A DNA stretch of 64,000 nucleotides from the human T2T-CHM13v2.0 reference genome, Homo sapiens. The translations under genes and the position numbers were made by a program. The notes beneath the pieces were generated by a model. It was not told the origin of the DNA and searched no databases. It worked only from the letters and a program-made list of their open reading frames with translations. The stretch lies in the NCBI RefSeq assembly GCF_009914755.1, contig NC_060937.1. One strand, written 5' to 3'. Shown one piece after another: positions 14,170-26,175 of the stretch. Each line of letters begins with the position of its first letter. The stretch's first letter is position 1.

Positions 14170-14410
14170 ATTCATATTTGACAGAACTGTCACTTCCTCC
14201 CATAATCCTTCCCAGAGTCCTAGGACACTATGACTTGCAAGGTTATTATAGCATTCGCTACACACCAGTATAAGCCACTATCATTGTGATTGAAACTATT
14301 ATTATTATTGCTTCCTCATTTCAGTGTCATCCTTGAAGATCAAGGATGTAATATTTATCCTTGACTCTATGGAAAGTAGCACACAGTTTTACTGAGTAAA
14401 TAAATGAATA
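14170..14410 (+). mobile_element. L2 3' fragment
   Basis: cacttcctcc..aatccttccc...ccttgaagatcaaggat...agcacacag...taaatgaataa resembles the L2 3' end. Confidence 0.5.
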
Positions 14411-14857
14411 ATTAAAGCCATATGCCTAACTTCCCCAACAGTCAAATGACAACATAAGTTGAAAGCATATTACTATGAAATATAGTAAAATATTTGTATT
14501 ATAATATTTATTTATTCTTAGGATAACTGTTTGGCATCTTCTTGATAGTTTGCAACTGGAAAAATAACAGTGAGAATCAACCGTTCAAATAAACTCTTGC
14601 CTACTTCTTAACACATACGCACAATGTATATGGTAATGTATAGGATTATCAGATATCTCACCAGAATGATGCAAATTGTAAATGAAGTTTAAAAATCTTG
14701 AGAATATGAAATGCACAGTTCATCCCCATTCATTGGTAGGAAGGTGGAGCATATTCATTTTTAATTCTAAATATAACCCTAGGATATCTAGAAATATAGA
14801 ATTAAACTAAAATATGAGTTATAAAAAAAGGAATGATGTTAATTATAAAACTTAATA

Positions 14858-15133
14858 TGTATATGTTGAAACTTAATCACCAATGTGATAGTATTATGGG
14901 GTTGGGCCTTTAGGATGCTATTAAGTCAAGATGGCAGAGCCCTTCTATATGAGATTAGGGCCCTTATAAAAGGACTTGAGAGTGGGTTTGCTCTCTGCTT
15001 CTCTTCTGCCTTAATGAAGGGAACACAACATTCATTCCCTTCTCTTTGCCCTTCTGTCACTTTCACCATGTATTTCTCCCCTCTGGAGGATGCAGCAACA
15101 AGGTGCCATCTTGAAAACATAGAGCAGCCCTCT
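14858..15133 (+). mobile_element. MaLR LTR fragment (MSTC/MSTD-like)
   Basis: atgttgaaacttaatcaccaatgtgatagtatt...gcccttataaaagg...ggatgcagcaacaaggtgccatcttg. Confidence 0.8.
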
Positions 15134-15306
15134 ATGGTTACTAGTAAAAAATGCAATACACATACTCACACTATGCATCTAAAGTAGAAATGAAAGTAAA
15201 GGAAAATGGATGCAGAAAGAAATGTGCTATTTGTTTTAATCAGCACTGGAAATACAGACATGTTTTAATCAACACAGGAAACATAGACACACAGTACCTC
15301 TAGTGA

Positions 15307-15603
<297 letters not shown>

Positions 15604-17624
15604 GAAAATTCTTAAAGCAACTGAAACGTACCCACTTTTTATAAACTTTACCAAAAATACAGTTGTTTTAAACCTGCCTAGAAAATCTATAGTGTGACCT
15701 TTATACCTTTTTTACACGTGCATATATAACCTAACACAGACAAGCAGATTATTTTATCAACAAAATCATTTTTTGATTATCTGCTTATTACATATTCATG
15801 AACAGTGCATACATGAAAATACCAGCTAAGGATGGCTAGCTGTATTTGTTGTTTCAAGTTGGTTAACATCCTTTTATCAATATTTAAAAATATATTCTAA
15901 CCTCCCTGGAATAGCCTTTGAAATTTCTTCTCTGTACAAGTTCCTATTCATATTCGTGACAACTCTTACTTCTCTCTCCTAATTCTCCTTCCCAGAAATA
16001 GGAGGAATTTTGAAAAGAAAATGCAGGTAACAGTTTTTATCCACCATTCATTCACCTAACTTGTCAATGTTTTTTGTTTTGTCGTTGCTTTTTATTTTTT
16101 AATTTTGTGGGTATATAGTAGGTATATATGGAGTTCATGAGGTGTTTTGAGGCAGGCATGCAATGTGAAATAAACCCATCATGGAGAATGCAGGGTATCC
16201 ATCCCCTCAAGCATTTGCTCTTTGAGTTACAAAAAATACAATTATACTCTTTATTTTAAAAAGTAAATTAAGTTATTATTGACTATAGTCACCATGTCGT
16301 GCTACCAAATAGTATAGGTTTTATTCATTCTTTCTATTTTTTTCTATCCATTAAGCATCCCTACCTCTGTTCCAGCCCTCCACTAACCTTCCCAGTCTCT
16401 GGCAACCCTCTTTCTACTATCTATGTCCATGAGTTTTATTGTTTTGATTTTTAGACTCCACAAATAAGTGAAAACATGCAATGTTTGTCTTTCTGTGCCT
16501 GGCTTATTTCACTTAACATAATGATATCCAGTTCCATCCACATTGTTGCAAATGAGTGCATCTCATTCTTTTCAGGGACTGAATAGTACACCATTGTGTA
16601 TATGTACTACATTTTCTTGATTCACTCATCTGTTGATAGACATTAAAGTTGCCTCCAAATCTTAGCTATTGTAAACAGTGCTGCAACAAACATAGGAATG
16701 CAGTTATCTCTTCAATATACTGATTTCCTTTCTTTCAGGTATATACTCAGCAGTGGGATTGCTGGATCCTATGGTAGCTCAATTTTCGTTTTTTTGAGGA
16801 ACCTCCAAACTCTTCTCCATAGTGGTGGTAATCAGTTATATTCCCAAACAACAGTGTATAAGGCTTTCCTTTTCTCCACATCCTTGCCAGCATTTGTTAT
16901 TGCCTGCCTTTTGGATATAAACCATTTTAACTGGGGTGAGATGATATCTCATTGTAGTTTTGATCTGCATTTCTCTGATGATCAGTGATGTTGAGTACCT
17001 TTTCAATATGCCCATTTGCCCTTTGTGTGTCTACTTCTGAGATATGTCTATTCAAATCTTTTGCCCCTTGTTTGATCAGATTATTAGATGTTTTCCTGTA
17101 GAGTTGTTTGAGCTCCTTATATTATCTGGTTATTAATCCCTGGTCACATGGGTAGTTTGCAAATATTTTATCCCCTTCTGTGGGTTGTCTCTTACTTTGT
17201 TGATTGTATCTTTTGCTGTACAGAAGTTTTTTAACTTGAAGTGATCCCATTCATCCATTTTTGCTTTGGTTGTCTGTCTAATGGGGTATTGCTCAAGAAA
17301 TATTTGCCCAGACCGATGGCCTGGAGATTTTCCACAATGTTTTCTTGTAGTACTTTTATGGTTGGAGGTCTCAGATTTAAGTTTTTAATAAATTTTGAGT
17401 TGATTTCTGTATGTGGCAAGAAATAGGGGTCTAGTTTCATTCTTCATATGGATATTCAATTTTTCCAGCACCATTTATAGAAGAGACTGTCTTTTCCCCA
17501 GTGTATGTTCTTGGCACCTTTGTAAAAAATGAGTTTGCTGCAGATGTGTGGATTTGTTTCTGGATTCTCTATTCTGTTACATTGGTCTATGTGTCTTTTT
17601 TTATGCCAGTACCATACTATTTTG

Positions 17625-17800
17625 GTTACTGTAGCTCAGTAGTAGAATTGAAGTCAAGTATTGAAGTCAAGTTAAGTAGTATAATTGAAGTCAATTATAC
17701 TACTGTAGCTCAGTAGTATAATTGAAGTCAAGTAATTTGATTCTTCCAAATTACTTTCAAGTAATTTGATTCTTCCAAATTACTTCCAAGTAATTTGTTC
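17625..17800. repeat. Complex direct and inverted micro-duplication cluster inside L1 ORF2
   Basis: 14-bp-arm hairpin at 17675-17688 / 17691-17704. 29-bp unit at 17729, 17758 and 17787 (partial), each full unit carrying a 10-bp inverted repeat. Confidence 0.9.
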
Positions 17801-20800
17801 TTTTTGCTTAAGATAGCTTTGGTTATTCTAGGTCTTTTGTGGTTCCATATAAATTTTAGGATTGCTGTTTCTATGTCTCTGAAGAATTTTGTTGGTATCT
17901 TGATAGGGATTGCATTGAATCTGTAGATTGCTTTGGGCAGTATGGATATTTATCAATATTGATTCTTCCAGTCCATGAACATGGAATATTTTTCCATTTT
18001 TTGGTGTCCTCTTCAATTTCTTTCATCAGTATCTTATAGTTTTCATTATGGAAATCTTGCACTTATTTGGTTAATTCCTAGGTATTTAATTTTTTGTGTG
18101 GCTATTGTAAATGGGATTTCTTATTTTATTTCTTTATCAGATTGTTCACTATTGGCATATTGAAATGCTACTGATTTTTTATGTTGATTTTGTATCCTGC
18201 AACTTTCCTGAGTTTGTTGATCAGTTCTAATTGTTTTCTTATGAAGTCTTAAGGCTTTTCCTAATATAAGATCATATTGTTTTCAAACAAGGATCATTTG
18301 ATTTCTTCCTCTTCAATTTAGATGCCCTTTATATCTTTTTCTTGTCTGATTCCTCTAGCTAGGACTTCCAGTACTATGCTGAATAACAGTGATGACAGTG
18401 GGCATCCTTCCTGTTTTCCAAATCTCAGAGGAAAGGGTTTCAGTTTTTCCCCATTCAGTATGATACTACCTGTGGATCTGTCGTATGTGGCCTTTATGTT
18501 GAGGTATGTTCTTTCTATCCCCAGTTTTTTAAGGGTTTTTGTCATGAAGAGATGTTGAATTTTATGCTTTTTCAGCATCAATTGAAATATAATTATATGC
18601 TTTGTATCCTTTATTCTATTGATATCATATATCATATTAATTGATTTGCATATGGTGAACCACCTTGCATCCTATGGATAAATCCCACTGGTCATGAAGA
18701 ATGATCTTTTTAATGTATTTGTTGAATTCAATTTGCTAATATTTTCTTCAGGATTTTTGTATCAATATTCATCAGCGATATTGGCCTGGAGTTTTCCTTT
18801 TTTGATGTGTCTTTGTCTGGTTTTGGTGTCAGGGTAATACTGGCCTCATACAATGAGTTTGGAAGTATTCCCTCCTGCTCTATTTTTCAGAGTAGTTTGA
18901 GTAGGATTGGTATTAGTTCTTTAAATATTTGGTAAAATTCAGCAGTGAAACCATCAGGTCCCAGGCTTTTCTTTACTGGGAGACTTTTTATTACAGCGTC
19001 CATCTCATTACTTAATATTGGTCTGTTCAGGTTTTGGATTTCTTCCTGGTTCGATCTTGGTAAGTTGTATGTGTTGAGGAATTTGTCCATTTCCTCTAGA
19101 TTTTCCAACTTATTGGCACATAGTTGTCATGGTAGCTGCTAATGATCCTTTGAATTTCTGAAGTATCACTTGTGGCATCTCCTTTTTCATTTCTGATTTT
19201 GTTTTTTTTTTCTTAGTTATTCTAGGTAAAATTTAGTCAATTTTGTTTAACTTCTGAAAACAACCTTTTGTTTCACTGATCTTTTGTATTTTTTTCATTT
19301 CAATTTCATTTATTTCTGCTCTGATCTTTAGCATTTCTTTTCTTCTACTAATTTTGGGTTTGATTTGCTCTTGCTTTTCTAATTCTTTAAGATGCATCAT
19401 TAGATTGCTTATTTGAAATATTTCCTCTATTTTGATATAGGCACTACAGCTATAAACTTCTTTCTTAATAATGCTTTTGCCATATCTCATAGGTTTTGGG
19501 ATGTTGTATTTCCATTATAATTTGTTTCAAGAAATTTTTTAATTTTATTAATTTCTTCATTGACCCACAGGTCATTCAGGAGCATGTTGTTTCATTTGCA
19601 TTATTTATATAGTTTCCAAAGTTCCTGTTGTTACTGATTTCTAGTTTTATTTCATTGTGGTTAGAAAATATGCTTGATAATATTTTTTTTGAATGTTGTA
19701 AGTCTTGTTTTGTGACCTAATATATGGTCTGTCCTTGAGAATAATCCATGGTCTGAGAAAAAAAATGTGTATTCTGCAGCTCTTGGATGAAATGTCCTAT
19801 AAATATCTATTTGATACATTTGGTCTACAGTGCAGATTAAGTCTGATGTTTCTTTGTTGATTTTCTGTCTGGAAGATCTGCTCAATGCTGAAAGTAAAGG
19901 GTTGAAGTCTCCAGCTACTATTGTCTTGGGGCCTATCTCTCTCCTTAGCTCCAATAATATTTGCTTTATAAATCTGGGTGCTCCAGTGTTGTGTGCGTAT
20001 TTATTTAAAATTGTTAAATCCTCTTGCTGAATTGACTCCTTTATCATTATATAGTGACCTTTGTTTCTTCTTACAGTTTTTGTCTTAAAATCTGTTTTGT
20101 CTGATGTAAGTATAGTGATTCCTGCTCTTTTTTGGTTTCCATTGGCATGGAATATCTTTTTCCATCCCTTTATTTTCAGTTTATGTGTGTCTTTAAAGGT
20201 GTAGCATGTTCCTTGTAGGCAACAGATCAATGGGTCTCATTTTATCATCCATTCAACCAGTGTGTCTTGATTGGAGAGTTTAGTGTATTTACTTTCCATG
20301 TTATTATTGGTTAGTAAGAACTTACTCCTATCATTTTGTTATTTGTTTTCTTGTTTTGTGGTCTTCTTTTATTTCTTTCCTTCCCGTCTTGCTCAAGTGA
20401 AGGCGATTTTCTCTGGTGACATGACCTAGGTCCTTGCTTTGTGTGTGTGCTTATCCATTTAATGTTGTTTGGTTTGAGATTACTATGAGGCTTGCAAGTG
20501 CTATCTTATAACACATTATTTTACCATAATAACAGCTTAACACTATTTGCATAAATAAACAAGCAAAAAGAAAGCCAATAAAAACTCTATGCCATAACTC
20601 GGTGCCACTGCTTTTTAACTTTTTGTTGTTTCTATTTATATCTTATTATACTATCATGAACATTTCTTGTACTTATTATTTTTTATTGGTTTATTGTTTA
20701 GTCTTTCTATTTGGGATGATAGTAGTTTACACACCAAATTTACAGTATTATAATATTCTGTTTCTTTCTGTGTACTTACCATTACCAGTGAGTTTTGTAC

Positions 20801-21110
20801 CTTTGGGTGATTATTTATTGCTTATTAATGTTCTTTTCTTTCGGATTGAAGTATTTCCTTTAGTATTTCTTGTAGGACAGGACTGATACTGATAAAATCC
20901 CTCAGCTTTTGTTCACTGGAAAATTCTCTATTTCTCCTTCATGTTTGAAGGATATTTTCATTGGATATACTATTCTAGGGTAAATTTTTTTTCTTTAGCA
21001 CTTTAAATATGTCACACCACTTTCTCCTGGCCTGTAAGGTTTCCACTGAAAGGTCTACCAGATGTATTTGAGCTCTATCGTGTGTTATTTCCTTCTTTTC
21101 TTGTGCTGCT

Positions 21111-21162
21111 TTAGGTTGGTGAAAAAGTAATTGCAGTTTTTGCCATTACTTTTAATGGCAAA
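21111..21162. mobile_element. MADE1 (Hsmar1-derived mariner MITE), partial
   Basis: ttaggttggtgaaaaagtaattgcagtttttgccattacttttaatggcaaa is the first ~52 of 80 bp of MADE1, inside L1 ORF1. Confidence 0.9.
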
Positions 21163-22433
21163 TAAGTAAAGAATTCTTTCTTTACCCTTGACCTTTGGGA
21201 GTTTAATTATTAAATGGCTTGAGTTTGTCTTCTTTGGGGTAAACATGCTTGGTGTTGTATAACCTTTGTGTACTTTGATATTGGTTTCTTCCTCTGGGTT
21301 TGGGAAGTTCTCTGTTATTATCCCTTTGAATAAACCTTCTACTCCAATGTCTTTTTCCACCTCCTCTTTAAGGCCAATATCTCTTAGATTTGCCCTTTTG
21401 AGGCTATCTTTTAGATTCTATGGATCTATTTCATTGCTTTCTATTCTTTTTTCTTTTGTCTCCTCTGACTGTGTATTTTCAAATAGCCTGTCTTCAATCT
21501 CACTAATTCTTTCTTCTGCTTGACCAACTCTACTATTAAAAGACACTGATATATTCTTCAGCATGCCTATTGCATTTTTTCAGCTCTAGATTTTCTACTT
21601 GATTTTTAATTATTTCAATCTCTTTGTTAAATCTATCTGATAGAATTCTGAATTCCTTCTCTGTGTTATCTTGAATTTCTTTGAGTTTACTCAATGTAGT
21701 TATTTTGAATTCTCTGCCTGAAAGGTCACATATCTCTGTTTCTCCAGGATTAGTCCCTGGTGCCACTTAGTGCAGTTGGTGAGGTCATGTTTTTCTGGAT
21801 GGTGTTGATGCTAGTAAGTGCTTTTCCGTGTCTGAGCATTAAAGAGTTAGGTATTTATTGTAATCTTCACTGTCTGGGTTTATTTGTAGCCATCCTTCTT
21901 GGAAAGGCTTTCCAGATATTTGAAAGAACTTGGTTGTTGTGATCTAAGCTGTATCTGCTTCAGGGGGCACCCCAAGTCCTGTAATTGTAGTTCTCGCAGA
22001 CTCATAAAGGTACTGCCTTGATGGTCTTAAATAAGATCGAGGAGAATTCTTTGGATTACCAGGCAGAAACCCTTGTTCTCTTCCCTTAACTTCTCCCAAA
22101 CATACAGTCTCTCTCTCTCTCTATTTTGAGCCACCTAAAGTTGGAGGTGAAGTAACACAAGCACTCCTGTGGCCACCACCACTATGATGGCACTGAGTCA
22201 GAAGTGAAGTCGGTACAGTGCTAGGTCTTGCCCAAGGCCTGCTGTAACCACTCCCTAGCTGCTGCCTATGTTCGCTCAAGGTACTGGGGCTCTACCATCA
22301 GCAGGTTGCAAAGCCAGCCAGACCTGCATCTTTCCCTTTAGGGCAGTGAGGTCCCCCAGGCCCTGATTCGGTCAAGGAGTGCCATAGAGGGGTCAGGGAC
22401 CCATGTCTAAAACCTTTAGAAGTCTACCTGGTG

Positions 22434-22745
22434 AGCCGGGTGTTGTGGCTTATGCATGTAATCACATCACTTTGGGAGGCCAAGGCAGGTGTATCACTTG
22501 AATCCAGGAGTTCAAGACCAGCCTGGGCAACGTGGAAAAACCCTATCTCTACAACAAATACAAAAAAAATGTTAGCCAGATGTGGTGGCACATGCCTGTA
22601 GTCCCAGCTACTAAGGAGGTCGAGGTGCAAGGAGAGTTTCAGTCCAGGAGGTCGAGGCAGCAGTGAGCCGTGGTTGTGTCACTGCACTCCAGCCTGGGCA
22701 ACAGAACAACATCCTGTCTTTAAATAAATAAATAAGTAAATAAGT
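22434..22745 (+). mobile_element. AluJ inserted in the L1MA 5' region
   Basis: AluJ features (cacttgaatccagg, cctgggcaac, ggaggtcgaggc), (TAAA)n tail, TSD agtctac(c/t)tggtg (22421-22433 / 22746-22758). Confidence 0.92.
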
Positions 22746-24879
22746 AGTCTACTTGGTGTTCTATTGTACTGCAGCTGAGCTGGCACTCAAACCACAGGGT
22801 ACAGTCCTTCCCACTCTTTCCTTGCATTTCCAAAGGCAGAGGAGCCTAACCACCACTATACCACCACCCCAGGCCACAAGTAATATTGCCAGACAACCAC
22901 TGACATTCCCATAAGGCCCATAGGCTCTTAAGTCAGCTTGTTGTGAGTGCTGCCTGGGCTGGGACTCACTTTTCAGGGCAGTGGTCTCCCCTCTGTCCCA
23001 TGGCAGGTCCAGAAATGCTGTCCAAGTATCATGTCCGGGAATTGGGAACCCCATGGGCCCCATGATGCTCTACCCCTCTGTGGCAGTGTTGGAACCTAAG
23101 GTGCAAGACAAAGTCCCCTTTACTTTCCCCTCTTTCAGCAATATGAAATGAAAACCAAGTACTATGAGTGCTCACCTGATTTTTGGTTCTTATGAAGGTG
23201 TTTTTTCTGTATAGATACTTATTAACTGAGTGTTTTTGCTGGGGAGATGATCAGTGGAGTCTTCTATTTCACCATGTTGCTCTGCCTCCTCCTCAATTGT
23301 CAATGTTTTGTTAAAGTATAAATGTACATAGAGATGAACTTTTTGGCTGAATGCCAAATGGATGAATCGAAAAATTAATATTTATATAAAACCCAGGATG
23401 AAGACAGATCTCATCATACAACAAACTCAGAGACTGAAGGATAAAGTTAATGTCATACAAAACTTAACAATTACTAACATTGATAATCTATTACTAACAC
23501 AGTAGTAGTTGATTGCTTTTTTTTTTAAAAAAAATGACATTATAACAGAGAGACAATAATTTCTCAGATCTAATAGATTCTGGAATGCTTCTCTCTTTCC
23601 TATACTGAATGTTCACAATTCTAAAAGAATGATGATTTTTTATCTGAGGTCAATTATAAAATGAATTATGTTTTTGGTTAGCTCTGCTTACACGGGATAC
23701 TGCTTATGGTTATGTTATCACCAAAGCATTACGATCTCCTTTCTCTTTCACAGTACGTGATTTACAGAAAGGCTGTTTTTTTTTAAAGATAGTAATACAT
23801 AGCAATTCCCACAAAATTTATATTATCTAATAAATATTCTCACGTCAAAATGGATGACATACCCTTCCCAAATATATTGAGCTAATATGTTCTAACATTT
23901 GTATAAATTGTCAACCTAATTTTCGCTAGATATTTGTATGAACTGTCAGCCTTGAGAATATTTTTCAATATTCTCAACTCCTTTTAAGTTAATTACTAAT
24001 ATTTTTGGTACAGAAAATTATCAGTGATTGATATCATAATTAATTATTGCAACATTTTACTGCTCTATTATGAAATATACATTTATACCTCAATGACTGA
24101 TAGAATTTCAATATACAGTGCACACTGAAAGGTTATTTTTTACTCTACCATGAATCCTTACCTATATTTGAAATGGATATTCATCAGATATTACAAGAAA
24201 TTTGAATGATGACATGATTTGTTTTTATCACTGGCATTGTTATGCGAGTTCAGTGATAAGAAGTATTAATTCTAAAGTATCAGTCTATTGTTGACCCTGC
24301 AAGTGTTCAAGTAGGCAGTCAAAGGTTAAGGCCACAGTTAAAGAATCATAGTTGCCAATCAATATCTCCAATATCTTAGTCACTAGACAATGAGCAAAAC
24401 ATTTACTTTAGGTTGTACTTTAAGGGAAGAAGGCAGAAAGTCAAGCAGTAGTCATGTAACTACCTCTACTCTAACATTTCCTAATCACACATAATGTTGT
24501 CTTATCTTCACTCTTCTTTTATACTTTTATCTAGCAGAAAGAAATCTCTACCTGTTTACTTACTAATGTGTTCCAAAGGCATGCCCTTCTTTGGGTGGGT
24601 GTGTTTAAGTATATTTTTCTCTTTTGTGTACCATTACTGTGATTCTTTCTGCCAAATCATTTCATTTATTTCAAATAAAAATAAGCTTAAATTACCTCAA
24701 ACACATAAACTATTTTCCTTGAATTGTTTACTTATAAAATTAATTTTATAACTTTCAGTTTCTTAATTCGGTTGAAAAGTTCTACCATCTTTTGATTTCA
24801 TGCAGTCTTCCAAAGTCAATTCTAGGATATTTTTATTAACATGTTTTCAATCTATAATCTATTTGCAACTTAACTCAGT

Positions 24880-25600
24880 ATTTTGCATGCAATGGTTTAC
24901 CAAACTTTTTTCTTCCAGAATATCACCACAAGAATTTATTGAATAAATCATGCATTCTTTGCCATTCAGCTGAAATATTGCCTCTATTATTTATTCGATT
25001 CTCACATTTTCTTTTCTATTTGTGATCCCTCTATTTCATTAATCTACATATTTATTCCTATGCAATAACTAAATCAATTTTATTAGAGTGGCTCTATAGT
25101 TTTGTATGATACATAGCAAAGCAATCCCCTATTTTCTCCCTTTTTATGTATCTGTTGGAATTATCACAAGCTTAAACATTTCTTAGTCATAACTAATATT
25201 TCTATTATATGAAAATAACCCTTCTGAGAATAGAGATTTATTGTCATTGTTTACATCTTATTTTTAATTCTCTATAATATTACATATATTATTCTATAGT
25301 TTATATTTCTTATTAAACTTATACCTATATATCCTATATATCTTATACTTCTTTTGCTACTAGAAATGAACTAAAGTCTTTACTTTATACAAAATTGGCT
25401 TGTATCCTTGTATACTTCAACACATTTTATTGTTAATTGTAATTTTTACTTGTATCTTTTGAGTTTTCTTGGTATACTATCATGACATCTGCAATTAAAA
25501 AAACTAAAACATTACATATTTTCCTTTTCAATGTTTCTACAAAGTCTTTCATTTTCTTTTCATATTGAACTTGACTTTTATTGCAATCAATTTGAAACTT
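24880..25600 (-). mobile_element. Highly decayed L1M ORF2 fragment(s)
   Basis: cttgtatcctt...ttttcttggtatactatcatgacatctgcaa resembles antisense L1 ORF2. Boundaries uncertain. Confidence 0.45.
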
Positions 25601-25779
25601 GTTTTATATCAGATGAAATTCTAATTTTATTATAGCTGAATTAAAATTAAAGTATAATATCAAGAATATGTCTCTGTCCATCTCCTTATATTTAATTAAC
25701 ATGTTTTTATTGATTTTTCTAATTACAATGATTTTTTACTGTATTTTTCAGAGAACAGGCTTAATTCTATTTAAGTAGA

Positions 25780-26175
25780 TTCTTTCTCAGCTTCCCTTGC
25801 AGCTGTAACCAAAAAGGTAACTTGGAGTCTAGCAATCAGAAGCACCTTTATAAGAAAAAAATTTAGAAGTGGTTAATATGAAGTAATGCCTCCTTGCAGG
25901 GAAACTGATCTTAGAAATGCAATGGCTCGGTTTTGTCAGTTCTGGCAGGGGAAGTGCTTCTGACAATTCTGAATTTCATAGATGCTTAGAAGCAGTGGCA
26001 GTGTAGTTTTCTGTTAAAAAGACTTCTCAGTGGTTAACATGATTCCTGGTAGGTAGGCTTTGTGCTCTGGCTCTCTCTTTTCCAGAGATAGCCAAACTAC
26101 GACTCATTCTTAATAAATCTGTTTCCTGTTTAAACTAGCCAGAAAGGATGTTGTTGCTCACACACCCCAAACTGT
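25780..26175 (+). mobile_element. ERVL-class LTR (LTR33/LTR16-like)
   Basis: cagcttcccttgcagct...tctagcaatcag and the 3' motif taataaatctgtttcctgtttaaactagccaga. Confidence 0.6.

Larger units (their letters stand above)
16074..23296 (-). mobile_element. Full-length ancient LINE-1 (L1MA1-3-like), ORFs disrupted
   Basis: L1MA-type 3' end (gtgggtatatagtagg...catcatggagaatg...catcccctcaagcattt). ORF2 fragments: endonuclease 19661-20230, RT 18318-18635, ATG about 20334. ORF1 fragments 21085-21766. 5' end catgttgctctgcctcctc. 13-bp TSD ttgtcaatgtttt (16061-16073 / 23297-23309). Confidence 0.93.

Noticed and set aside
21111-21162. miR-548-type microRNA gene
   Set aside because: Most of the second MADE1 arm is missing, so a pre-miRNA-length hairpin cannot form.
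16074-23296. L1MA or L1PA4 as retrotransposition-competent elements
   Set aside because: Both have stops and frameshifts in their ORFs, and the L1PA4-like copy lacks most of ORF2.
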